DNA of 64,000 nt, from assembly GCA_053919585.1 (NCBI GenBank), contig CM132817.1; one strand, given 5' to 3'. Position numbers and translations under genes: made by a program. The notes beneath the pieces were generated by a model that saw only the letters and a program-made list of their open reading frames with translations, did no database searches and was not told the origin of the DNA. Origin of the DNA: Euprymna scolopes. Its lineage: Eukaryota. Positions 1-11,545 of this stretch are shown here, in pieces (position 1 is the stretch's first letter; the number at the start of each line of letters is the position of its first letter).

Positions 1-269
1 GTGAAAATAAAATGTTTCATGATCGAACAATATTTTTTGCAGGAATTTATTCCTATTTGAGTCAGGTAAATTATTTCGAGTTGAGAACAAATGAAGTCAA
101 AGTTCTGTTTCTCCCATGAGGAAACAAGTTTCCATGATTGAATGATATTTTTTAGAAATTAATTTCCATTTCAGTCACATAAATTCTTTCCAGTTGAGAT
201 TGTACCCAATTTATAGTAATGATTTAAACAATGTATAAATAAATCGATGCAGCTTTCATTCCGAAACTC

Positions 270-1255
270 CTTTGGTGCCCGGCATTGTCTGATTGTAAAA
301 TATGCTTAAATATAATATTTTCATTTATCCAGATTTCATATATATTATTAGGAGTTAATACTGTATCAATTATTTCATATGATATCATACCCAATGTCTA
401 GTTATGATTTCAAAAATAAAAAAAATAGTATGTCTTGGGTGCTATCAATTAGAATCAAAACCAAAACTGAAAGCAAAACTGTAGTATTAAAAGCTAATGA
501 TGTTACTACTGGACGACAGTCACTTTGACATTTAGTCATTAATAAACTAACATAAATGTACAAAATGTATAACAATTTGCGCATGCGTATCAGAATAGTT
601 TTATGTGATTTATGCTTGGCAAGTTATGATTTCTTTCAATTTTGACCCCTTTAAAAACTATTTAAACCGGTTAGATTCATAAAAGAATGGTCAACAAAAA
701 ATGCAATTATTTGAGCTGTCTTACATCATTCTGCGACCTACTGTTTCAGAGGAGATACAATTTGAAAAAGTGAAGACAGACATAGTGAGATTTATAAAAT
801 CTCACTATGTCTTGGGGAGGGAGGGAGGGGGGGGCTTTGCCCGGTCGTAAAATACGCTCAAGTATATTTTAATTTGTCCAGATTTTATATATATTATTAT
901 AGAGTTGTGATTTCAAAAGTAAAAAAAAAAAAAAAAAAGTATTTGGATGCCATCAGCTAGAATCGAAACTGAAAGCAAAGCAAAACTGTATCATTCAAAG
1001 CTGGTGACATTACCACTGTACCAATGTGACTCGCATATGGACTAATTAAAAATAAACTAAGATGAATGTATAAACTGCATAACGATTTTTTCAATTCTGA
1101 ATCCTTTTCGACCTCTTAAAAACTATTTTAACCAGCTAAAGACCCATAAAAAAATCCAATCATTTGAAGCCCCTAGCGCTGCTCTGCAAATTTTTGTTTC
1201 GAAGAGATAGTTTTAAAACATGGACACAGACTGACAGTGAGTTTTATAAATTAGA
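270..1255 (-). mobile_element. Two adjacent degenerate Helitron-like repeats (related to 20178-20515 and 31410-31680)
   Basis: Duplicated blocks cccgg...aaatatgcttaaatata...ccagattttatatatattatt and ccttaaaaactattt. Confidence 0.55.
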
Positions 1256-2016
1256 TGTACCCAGTGTTCTGTTTATAGGAGAGTCAATATTTTGCTTTAT
1301 AAATAAAATGAAACATTTTCCTTTCAATTTATCTATTCTAACTCATTTTTAGTTGTTACACAAAGTTTCAACTTAATAGTAAAATTTAGATAGTCTGGGA
1401 CTTAATAGGTTAATATCAGGAAATAGAAATGTTAAAACATTTTGATGGGAAGATGATTGCCCGCTGTCTTTGGTGGTAATAGCTGTCCTCATCAGGTGCT
1501 CATCATTGTGTAGTGTTTGTGGTAGAAAAGGGACAGGAACTTGGTTCAAAGACAAGCCAGGATAACTGAATTTTAAACAAATAATCAAGACGGTTGACTA
1601 CTCTGTGGTGTAGGGTTATGAAGAGAAATCGTTTCACAAGCCAATCACTGATAGCATTTGCACAGTTATTTTATTAAATTTCTTTGTCAAATAAATACAT
1701 TTTCATAAAAATAAAATATGATGCTTTTCTTGTTTCATTCATTTTTTTTTTTTTTGGAATGCAAGTTCATTTGTATTCAGCTTTTTTCTGGTCGTAGTGA
1801 AAAATTGGTTTTTGGCTGGACATTTATTTATGGAATATTCTATCTGATATCACCTGATTGGAAAAAATTATGAAAAATTCTACAATCTTTTTTTTTTTCA
1901 AAAATTAAAACGATACATAAAATATGAAGATCAGTTTTGATAAAATTCGGAATTTTTAAGCATTTTTTTTTCTTTATCAAAAAGGAAATTCAGGCGGAAA
2001 TTCATTGTTAACTTAC

Positions 2017-2078
2017 CGGATTATCCATATCTGGATCATGCGAAAAAGACATATTTTTTGTGTCCATTTCTTTTTCCT
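2017..2078 (-). CDS. Probable exon 2 of the same minus-strand gene ((E)EKEMDTKNMSFSHDPDMDNP)
   Basis: tttgtctttcag|AG...AATCCG|gtaagt; 62 nt, open, phase-compatible with the phase-1 end of exon 6571-7057. Confidence 0.6.
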
Positions 2079-4269
2079 CTGAAAGACAAACGTTTAGATT
2101 TTAAAATCTTATTCCAATTAAAAATAGAAAGAATAAAAACAAAGGCCAGAATTACTGAAGTATTGTTAAAATTAAATGTTCACCAAGAAAGTTTTGGGTT
2201 GGGATTTTAAGGAAAAAGTCCTAAACCCTATCCTACCTAACATCCTGTTTGCTAGAGATTCTTCACAGAAACAGACCAAAAATGATCCAAAGGTTGCTAA
2301 CTGATGAAACAGACATCACTTGGGTTTTTGCTAGAGCCCTTTTAGCCAGATTGCAACTCTAATACAAATGGAGGCCACTTTTACCGATTTTGAGCTCACG
2401 GGATTAATTAGTCATATTGTATGAACTAGCTTAGGATTGACAAAAATGGACTGCAGTAGTCAGAAATGCTGTACGTGTTCAAGAAGAAATCGACTCAACT
2501 TGACCACGTCAATAGCAGTTACAAGTCAAAAAAAAAAATTAAATTTACAATTTTGTTTCATCCATCCTCAGTATCATCTACACATGGTTACAACCAGGTT
2601 TCACTCATTGAAAAATGGTACATATTCTATAAAGGATAACCTCTACTTGCATCGTCATATACTCAAAAGATTACATTTGGACAGGATAGAGAAATGTGTG
2701 CAAAATAGGAGACTTTGATGATATAGACATGTTGAAAGAATAGAAAAGAGTTGTTGTTTCCACAGCTCTAGAAGAGTTAAAGTAGCAGGTTAAGTTCAGA
2801 GGAAGGTCAAGGAAGTGATAAAAATGAACTTGAGAAAAAAGTGATAAATAAAATCCTGGCTAGAGATAGGTTACTTTAGAGGTCAATTTATAAAAGCTGT
2901 CCAACACATGCCTGCATTATGTGAAACCGAATATAGTGATGATACAATTGTCAATCTGTTTGACAACATTAGATTTTGCATGAAGGTGTCTTCATACACA
3001 TTTTTTCATTAGAAGGACAATCTTTTTTATTTGAATTTATAAATTTCATACATGTTATCACATTAACATCTTTCATTTGACAAAGTTTTAATGATAGAAA
3101 CAAATTTGATAACATTGGTATTAATCTCTATGATGTTCGCTTTATTGGTTGGAGTTATTTCAGTTATCTCCCATGGATTATATTCAAATTATCTCCCTTG
3201 GATTATTTTACTTAAAGTTAAATGAGAACGAACTTTCTGGCTTGAAAGATGCAACATTTAAGACCTGATCTTATCCTTTTTCTGGCGTGTCTTTCAAAGC
3301 CATAAGACATGGTCCAAAGTATCAATATACACATTTTTTCGTTAGGACAATTTTTTTTAACTGAATTTCTATAGTTCATACATGTCACAGTGACATCATT
3401 CGGCATTTCTACACTATTAGGACGAAATTTCAGAAATAGTAGTACTAAATGTCATTAAAACAAGGGCATCTATGTATTCATCGTATTTATAAGATGATTA
3501 TATCTAAAAATTATGAAAATCAATAAAGTAGAAAATTATTTATTAAAGAAAATAAAAAATAGAATTTGATGAAAACAATTGTAAGAGACAGGAGAGTTCA
3601 CAAGCGAAGTAATTTTCCAATAATAGCCGAAATTTTCCATCTACTAACACGATTAAAGTTGATTTTTTTAATAATTCAGTAATATTCAAGTAATTTCGAC
3701 TGCATAATTTGGAAGCTACCATTAAAATTTATTAGAATTGACAAAAAAAAAAAAAAAAAAATTGTAAAAACCAGTGCTTTTTGATTTGAAAACCACATTT
3801 ATATAGATATATTTAGAAAACAAGCAGATCAGACAGATTAGATTTGAGTAGCAGATTGGGTTGAACAGATCAGATTGGCTCAGGAAGTGAGGCAGGTCAA
3901 AGGGTTTAAGAAGAGGAGAAAATCAGAGGAGTTTGATGGAGTCATACAACTGAGTCTTAGCTGAGATTTTTAGTTTGAAAAATGGGAATGTAACTCAGAT
4001 ATAAACACGAGTGGCGAGACTCTAACGACACACATACACCCATTATCAACAAGTCAAATACGCAACGTGTTTTTTTTAAGTGTCTTTGTTGAGTTTATTT
4101 TGAATACAACTTGCAGGCCAGCAGCGCATGCAATCTTGGCAACCACTAATGCTAAAGTCGATATGGTTATACCATGTAAAAACTGTAAGCTTTCATATTT
4201 GGTCAAATAAGAATCCTTTGGCTTTGTATCAAAAAATATTTTACAGATTTCTTCTTTTTCATCAAAACT

Positions 4270-4345
4270 TAAATCAACAGCTATTCATAAATAGATTGTA
4301 GTCAGATGGTAAAACATCTGGATTGAATAGGGTGGGTGTGGTTGA
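4270..4345 (-). mobile_element. mariner transposase C-terminal relic
   Basis: NPDVLPSDYNLF resembles the YSPDLAPSDYHLF motif. Confidence 0.55.
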
Positions 4346-5814
4346 ACTTCCACAGCGTCTAATTCTTGTTGCTAATCTAAGAAAATTATGATTTTCTCTA
4401 GATACAAGAAGGGTTCTGTTAGTATTCACCATGTAAAATGTTTTGTACTGATTAAATCCAAAAATTATCAGAATAAATATAAAGGAGTAAATAAAGTTTC
4501 TTGATTTAATGCAAAATTTCAATAAGGAGTGATTCTTTTTTTTTTAATCTTTCCCAAATTATCCAAATTTCTATCTTTTTCAAAATATCCAAATCTCTTC
4601 CGCTTTGTTTTACAAGATGCTTAGATGGTAAACAGAATAATCTTTCTATGTTTAAGGAGGGCGATTGCTTTTTGATTATCTTGTAGTTTACTGTTAATTC
4701 CTATTGTATTCAAATAAATTAGAGTGAAATTGGTTTCGACATTACATCCGAACAACTTATTTTTACTTAAACCACAATTTAGTAAGATGAAAAAAAAAGT
4801 TATAGAGTTTAAGAAAAATATAGTCGCCATCTTTTAAAATAAGTCAAAACTAGACTATAAGTACATAACTCAAGTTCATAAATTTTAGATAAGGACAGGA
4901 AACTATTTTTGTTTATTTTGTTGTTTTTTTGTTTGCTTTTTTTTTTTTAAAGAAAAAAAGATTCCCTGTACTTAACAAGTAAAAACTTGAGTTATCATCT
5001 TCCTTAGCTAACCCTTTCTTTGTTTACAAAGACAGCGACTCTATTTCCCAGTAGAGTTTCATTTTGGCATTTCACGTGTACGGTAAAACTTGCTATAACT
5101 TAGCGTTTTTAATGCTATTTTTTATTTAAGTAAAAAATAGTTTGAGTAAAACCACAAATTCACTAAATAATTTATATGACTGAAATAGAAATTAACGAAA
5201 TTATTTCATTAGTTTATTTGAAATAACGAAAAATAAAAAATAACTGTTTTGTACAACTAAAATGAATTAAATAAATACTTAGTTGTGTGTGTCTCTCTCT
5301 ATCTCCATAATTCGAAAACAAAACTGAAAAAACAATCATTTGTTTTTGCCAGGAAATATTTATTTTTGAAAAGATTAAACTATACACAGAACTTTTTTTG
5401 TTGTTGTTGTTTTAAAATATTTATGGTTAAAAAAGAAAAAAATGCAACATAAACAAACATGGCCTTGAGTTGACCCTGACCGATGATAATCCTCGCCCAA
5501 TGGGCCAGATTAACTATTTTCTAGTCTGATCTTCTATCGGTACCTTCGGTTTCACGGAAACACTAGAAACTCAGTCCGCAGGGTTAAAGATACCGAATGT
5601 AACCGATATTTCAGCCAATTCCTATAACAAATAAATTCAAGCGGTCAGGATCTGGAAAGGAAACATTTAAACAAAAGCATAAATTCATCTTCATTTCAAC
5701 AATCGCACGAAAAAAAATAAATGTATAAAAAAGTGGGGTAGAGGTAAACAAGTGCTCGTCGAAACACACGCACAAATCAGAACACACACGCATTAGATTC
5801 TGCACGTAAACACA

Positions 5815-5850
<36 letters not shown>

Positions 5851-6057
5851 ATATCCAATAAAAGATTTAAAGTAAGCGATTATTTGCTTCACAACTTTCG
5901 AATAAAAAAATAATGCCGACATTAAAATTGAAATAGGACGGGTTCTTTTCTGAAATAGTTGCTCCGTCGAGAAATAGGTTTTTCTTTCAGGATATTAAAA
6001 ACGTTTATCATTTATATAAATAATAACTACTTTTTCGTCTATAAATTTTAATAGTTA

Positions 6058-6300
6058 TAATTCTAGTCTCCGAAAATTGCTTTCGAAATCAGACAGTTTG
6101 AAAACTTCATAAGTCATTCTCAAGTATTCACGTTAACGATGTAAACATCATGTCGGACATGTTTTTTTTTAATATATACATATATATATTTTTTTTAAAC
6201 ATGTCCGACACAATGTTTACATCATAGACTTACACATTTGAAAGCATTTTTAAAACGTTTCAATTGTCGGATTTATAAAGTAATTTCGAGGCTAGAATTG
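6058..6300. repeat. Palindromic (foldback) MITE-like hairpin
   Basis: gatgtaaacat..tgtcggacatgttt / aaacatgtccgaca..atgtttacatc, with outer aattctag/ctagaatt arms. Confidence 0.75.
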
Positions 6301-6570
6301 TTGTTTTTTTATGGTCGACAAAATGCGCCTCTGTCATATTTAAGAACATAGCGTTCTTGGATACAACAGAGGCGCGTTAAAAAATTTGTTTTTATTTTGA
6401 TTTAAAATATTTTAATAAAAAAATGAAAAAACATTAATTTTCGCATGCACCCCGCCCTGAGGTATCAAAGAACATGGCGTTCTTCGATATGACAGGGGCG
6501 CATGCAGAAATTACGGCTTTCGTTTCAATTTTTAAAAAAATATAAAATAAAATAAAAAAGTTATCTTTAC

Positions 6571-7057
6571 CTGAAGTTTCGTTTAATGACATTTGTTGTT
6601 CGGTGTTAAATTTATCATTAATTCTCGTCGGCCCTTGTACTCTCCGGCCTTCTTCGATCTCCTCCCCAACATCTCCAGTCCCGTCGTTTAAATTCGTGCG
6701 ATTGCGTACGTCACTTCGTCGTTCCTCCTCTTCCTCCATTGACTGCTGCCTCGGATCCGCTCTAATATTATTATTATTCTGATTATTATTATTATTCGTT
6801 ATCTGGTTTTTCGCTTTTTCCCCGTCGCCGTCGTGGTCATGGTGGACTTGAAGCTTCGCGTTTTCGACATCGGGACAAGATGGTCTATCATTAAAACACG
6901 GGGTGACCATGGCTTCCGCTAATGGGCTCGAAGTCTTACCGGACGAATCCGCAACCATACTGCAGGCTCGATGTGGCACAAAAACTCCATCGGACTCGAT
7001 TCGCGGACGTTTAGGTGAAAACATCGCCACCGTCTCGTCATTATCTTTGGCAGCCAT
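6571..7057 (-). CDS. First coding exon of a divergently transcribed gene with a low-complexity N-terminus and NLS-like SPKRPR; tentatively a SIRT1-like sirtuin
   Basis: GC/CpG-richer ORF MAAKDNDETVAMFSPKRPRIESDG...SLNETS ending at a phase-1 donor (TCA G|gtaaag). The ATG lies in a YY1-like AAACATGGCTGCC context. SIRT1 identity is inferred only from the KRPR motif, acidic/disordered composition and DNAJC12 adjacency; no catalytic domain is in the window. Confidence 0.7.
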
Positions 7058-7692
7058 GTTTGGTCACTGATTTGCGCATGTACAAAAAGCTAGCGCACGC
7101 ACACAGCCATACGCACACATATCTAACCACAGACAAATACACACATTAATAGCTACACACGAGTTAGCTAGAAAAATCTCCATATAGGCACACTACTGAA
7201 AACAAACGTACATCCGCATTTAATCAAATAAATACAAATCACACTAGTTTCGTAATTATTATTGAACAATTTTTATTTTAATTTTGATTTTATTTTGTAT
7301 TTTAAATATTAAAAACCATTTTATTTTTATCTTTTATTTGAATTAGTTTATAACAAAATCCGAAAATATGGCAAGTTTAAAATACCCATTTCATCTAGTT
7401 AATGTTTTCAAAACATTTTACGTTTAGCTGAATTCTTTGGTGATATTGTAATTTTTAAGCTATTAATTTTATTTACTTTTCTGGCTTCTTCTCAAGATAT
7501 AATTTTTGAATCTTTATTTGATCAGTAGAGTTTATGAACGAAATTAGTTCTTATTTTTTATGTATTCGTATACTAATATATATATTTATATATTATTCTG
7601 TAAGTGAATCCACACTTTCTGTGTGGACCGAGCCAGAACAAGTAGGTTTCGAATTAAAAAGAATCTTTTAAGAAAATTTCAAAACATTGAAT
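7058..7692. promoter_or_regulatory. Bidirectional promoter/5'UTR region between divergent ATGs
   Basis: Start codons at 7057 (-) and 7693 (+) are separated by 635 bp. No recognisable TE. Partial NRF1-like TGCGCATG at ~7073. Confidence 0.65.
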
Positions 7693-7779
7693 ATGGCAAA
7701 TATCGACGCGATTTTCGACTATGAAAACGACCCGAATGACAATTATTATTCACTTCTTGGCTGCACTCAACTTTCCACA
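7693..7779 (+). CDS. DNAJC12: DNAJC12 exon 1 (MANIDAIFDYENDPNDNYYSLLGCTQLST)
   Basis: Matches the DNAJC12 N-terminus (DAI..Y.....DYY.LLGC..LS); phase-0 donor gtaagt at 7780. Confidence 0.93.
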
Positions 7780-7912
7780 GTAAGTATCAGGGAGAGTAAA
7801 ACCTCTGCTTTTTGCAATTAGGAAAAGCGGGATTTCGGTTTTTGTAATTCAAAGACGGTAATTAATTCGCTTTGTTTTTTATTTATTTTATTTTTTTGTT
7901 TGTTTTTTTTTC

Positions 7913-8157
7913 TACAAAGGAGTCACCACTTATCAAGGCCCAGAGTACAGTGGTCAAAGGGAACATTTCAGTCATCGTTAGTAGTGGAAATTTGGTAAAT
8001 TGGATTACTTAAGAATTTTTTCACGTTGGACTTGAAGACAATCATATTGTAGTCAATTGGAAAGTAGGAAAACGGAACAGAGTTCCACAGACGTGCAGTT
8101 CTAAGAAAAAAGCTTTGTTCATGGAATCTACGTTTAGGTACAGATGTCTCTTCTGTG
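7913..8157 (-). mobile_element. CR1-group 3' fragment immediately upstream of the BEL element
   Basis: KRRFHEQSFFLRTARLWNS remnant and the family 3' end. Confidence 0.8.
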
Positions 8158-8173
8158 GTATCAGAAAAAGTTA

Positions 8174-8392
8174 CGGTACTCACCTTCCTGCAACTTCTGG
8201 TGGAGATGCTTGAAACTAGGAAGTGAGTGCCTTGGCCTTGCTAGTGACTAATTTTATTTGTAATCAGCATCACGTGGCACTTGTCTGCTATAAAAGAGAC
8301 TTAGTGCACACGTGTTTGTTGGGTGTTACTGTTTTCTTTATTTTTTTCTTCTCTTCTTCCCTTTTACAGCTCAATCGTTATTTTTGCATTTT
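8174..8392 (+). repeat. 5' LTR (partial) of the BEL/Pao element
   Basis: Direct repeat of 9987-10187; contains CACGTG and TATAAAA; joined directly to integrase sequence (gag/PR/RT missing). Confidence 0.75.
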
Positions 8393-9372
8393 GCCACAAG
8401 CGTTGCAAGCACCTTGGCGTTTCCACAGCCCTGAATAAGGTGAGGCTGTCCGGCTATTGGATACCTCAAGGCAGACAGGCTGTAAAAAAGGTCTTATTTG
8501 GATGTGCCCTGTGCCGGAAATTTAACACCTTCTCCTACCTAAGGATGACGGATTTACCCAAGCATCGGGTTAATATGATAAAACCCTTCCTACATACCAG
8601 AGTAGATTATACGGGTCATCTGTGGGTCCTGAATGGTGGAGAAAGGACGAAAATGTATATCCTTGTATTCACTTGTTTGGAAGTGAGGGCAGTACATTTG
8701 GAACTGATTGAAGACATGACGATCCACTCATTTTTGATGGCGTTTATCCGATTTACTAACATTTATGGCATGCCATCACACGTATACAGTGACAATGCCA
8801 AGTCCTTTGTTGCAGGATGTGATATAATTCACGATGTATTCTCATCCAGTGAATTTAAGGAGTTTGAGTGATTGTGTAATTCAGCACATTAAGATACCTT
8901 TACACTCACCCTGGTATGGAAGCGTTTGAGAACGATTAATTAAGACCATAAAATCTTGTGTGTATAAATTGATTGGCCATGCCAGCTACTCTTATTTCAA
9001 TCTGTTGACCATCCTCTCTGATGTTCAGAATGCTGTCAATGATCGACCATTGACCTATAGGAGCTCAACAGATCCAAGCTTGGAGATCATAACTCCGAAT
9101 CATTTTTTGCACCCAACCGTCAACCCAAGGATAATATTGAGACTGAACAATTGGAGCATCTATCAAGTCGAACCTCCTTCCAAAAGACAGCTACTGGACT
9201 CCTTGACTACAAGAGACAAAGCATTAAAAACGTTTAAAAGGATCTGGTACGAAGACTATTTATTGAGCCTAAGGGAACATGCCCAAAAGCAACCAAAGGG
9301 AAATGTATCTGGAGTCAAGATTGAGAGATTGTAATAATTAAGATACCCAATAAAACTCGACCATTTTGGGCC

Positions 9373-9777
9373 TTGGGTAGAGTCCCACATCTTTACCCAG
9401 GAGATGATGGATTGGTTAGATCTGCTCAAATCAAGCGAGGAGATGGATCCTTGCAGGTCCATTCTCTGAAACACCTCCATCCTTTGGAATTGTCGATTGA
9501 GGATCCTGTTGAGTGTCCTAGTTTGCTACTACAAAATCCAGATGACTCTGTCGATTCTGATGACCATTCGTCCTTTCATCCTGATGATCTTCCAGCAGAA
9601 GATAATTGTCGCATTTGGATCTGTGCTGGTTGTGACCAACCAGATGATGGTAGTGCCATGGTCTGTTGTGATCAGTGTGATAACTGGTATCATTTTTATT
9701 GTGTGGGTATATATCAACCTCCACCAATCGAGGAAGGATGGTATTGTCAGGATTGCCTGAACCGGAGAGACGACTAA
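9373..9777 (+). pseudogene. Integrase C-terminal domain, acidic linker and C4HC3 PHD finger (TAF3-like)
   Basis: IWICAGCDQPDDGSAMVCCDQCDNWYHFYCVGIYQPPPIEEGWYCQDC in the same open frame as the DUF5641-like segment. Confidence 0.9.
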
Positions 9778-9816
9778 TGAGTCAACCCTCTCAAGCCTGG
9801 TCATGATGATTAATAA

Positions 9817-9986
9817 NNNNNNNNNNNNNNNNNNNNNNNNNNNNNNNNNNNNNNNNNNNNNNNNNNNNNNNNNNNNNNNNNNNNNNNNNNNNNNNNNNNN
9901 NNNNNNNNNNNNNNNNNNNNNNNNNNNNNNNNNNNNNNNNNNNNNNNNNNNNNNNNNNNNNNNNNNNNNNNNNNNNNNNNNNNNNN
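9817..9986. other. Assembly gap (170 N)
   Basis: Run of N. Confidence 1.
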
Positions 9987-10187
9987 CGGTACTCACCTTC
10001 CTGCAGCTTCTGGTGGAGATGCTTGAAACTAGGAAGTGAGTGCCTTGCTAGTGATTAATTTATTTGTAATCAGCATCACGTGGCACTTGTCTGCTATAAA
10101 AGAGACTTAGTGCACACGTGTTTGTTGGGTGTTTTTTTTTTTTTTCTCTTCTTCCCTTTTACAGCTCAAGCGTTATTTTTGCATTTT
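9987..10187 (+). repeat. 3' LTR of the BEL/Pao element (start hidden in the N gap; may extend to ~10265)
   Basis: Near-identical to 8174-8392. Confidence 0.75.
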
Positions 10188-10289
10188 CCTATCAAGATCC
10201 TTCCGGATCTACTATTACTATTATTCCCCGAAACTACCGGACCTTCTCTACCTGGAAATGTTCATTTTGACAGATTTCAAATACTTTAT

Positions 10290-10690
10290 GGAGCTTATGC
10301 ACTTTTGTTACTGCGCTATTTTTTTAATAGTATTTTCAAGTTAAATTAAAGTTTTACGATATTTTCTTTAGTACTAGTGCAGAGAGTGATCCGGACGTAA
10401 ATAATAACGTTATTATTTAAAAAGCCATTCTTAACATGAGGAGGGTGTTTTGTACCTATTCTATACTTCAACCTTACAATTGAATAAAAAAAAATATATC
10501 ATAAAACTTTAATTAAACTTGGAAATACGATTTAAAAAATAGCGCGGATCACTCTCTGCACTAGCACCTTTTCTTTTTATTAAATTGTTAAGTGAAAGTA
10601 GAGAATGATTAGAAAACACCCTCCCTCCCTAAGAATGGCTTTCTAAATAATGTTATTATTTCAACACGATAACAAAAGTGCATAAGTACC
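10290..10690. mobile_element. Merlin-like MITE carrying a nested related MITE (10370-10568)
   Basis: Outer TIR ggagcttatgcacttttgtta / taacaaaagtgcataagtacc. Inner TIR agtactagtgcagagagtgatccg / cggatcactctctgcactagcacc with 8-bp TSD ttttcttt. Confidence 0.78.
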
Positions 10691-11239
10691 CAATTTATGA
10701 TTGGAAGGGAAGGTAGGTAGAAGATTTTTGATTCATCAAAAAAATTACTTCCTGCTCCCTTCCCTCATATGTCCACTTGCTCTTGTTAACAGCCAGATTT
10801 TTTTGTTTATTTCTTGGACTAAACATATTCATGCTTCAAACTTTTATCACAAACAAAATATTTTGAGCATCCTTTTTTAGCGACAGACAAAGTGGTGGTG
10901 GGTTGTAAGGTTTGCACGGAGTCTCTCTTTAAAATTCTACCAAAAATCAGGTAATTATCTAATTAATATAAATTTTTCACTGATTATTATGTGAAGAATG
11001 AACTTTATAAAGGTATAATATTTTTCCATAATCGATATATATGTAATATATATAGCCTACATAAACTGGCCTTTTTCATTTGTGGTCACTCGTACCTTTA
11101 AAATAAAAAGTCAGAACTGAACATATTCTTCCTGTATGGAGGGGGGGGGGTAGGAAAAAAATGCTTCTTTTCAAATCATGAGATTGAAAATCCGAATTTT
11201 GAATGCATTTTTTGTGTTTTGAAGTGTGAAAGTGTAACA

Positions 11240-11545
11240 TGTTACATATGAGAGCGTTGGAAAGTATTCGCAGCAGCGACGGATGGCGGTTTGCAAAGTG
11301 ATCACCAACAGCAGTAGTCAAAAATGTCCGTATGCAAATTAGGAAGTGTGCAAGAGAAGAAAAAGGAAAAATAAAGAGAAAAAGGACATTTCGGGGGAGA
11401 AATAAAGTTGATGTTGAAGAAAATGGACGTGTAAAGTTGAAAGTGAGAAATGGCTGGCTATGGCCAGCATGAGGTCGGAGAAGAAAAGTGTACCTCAAGC
11501 GAAATAGTCGATGGCAAGAGACTTTTAATTGGTGTCAAGACAGAA
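11240..11545 (+). mobile_element. Decayed RTE-like LINE 3' fragment (inverted copy at ~25590-25985)
   Basis: Shared atgcaaattaggaagtgtgc..gaagaaaaaggaaaaa..gttgaagaaaatg; K.KW...GH..R-like remnant. Other RTE-like scraps at ~2690-2915 and ~13120-13350. Confidence 0.5.

Larger units (their letters stand above)
8174..10187 (+). mobile_element. Internally deleted BEL/Pao LTR retrotransposon (integrase + C-terminal PHD finger) in DNAJC12 intron 1
   Basis: HHCC zinc finger (CHKRCKHLG..CALC), DDE core (VDYTG, SDNA, W*ERL), BEL-type N.RPLTY/TPNHFL and DUF5641-like GRV..LYPGDDGLVRSAQIK...LHPLE. Stops and frameshifts present. Flanked by ~200-bp direct repeats. Confidence 0.88.

Noticed and set aside
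1480-1510. CTGATGAG hammerhead-like motif on the minus strand
   Set aside because: No matching stem II/GAAA follows.
6434-6570. C-terminal part of ORF 6434-7057 as coding
   Set aside because: Read-through past a good GT donor into T-rich intron sequence.
9610-9777. Host TAF3 exon or gene
   Set aside because: No splice structure or other TAF3 exons; the PHD is contiguous with integrase sequence between LTR-like repeats.
9529-10039. ORFs spanning the N run
   Set aside because: Artefacts of the assembly gap.
8140-10275. Exact TG...CA ends and TSD of the BEL element
   Set aside because: The 5' LTR is truncated and the 3' LTR start is in the gap; no convincing TSD found.
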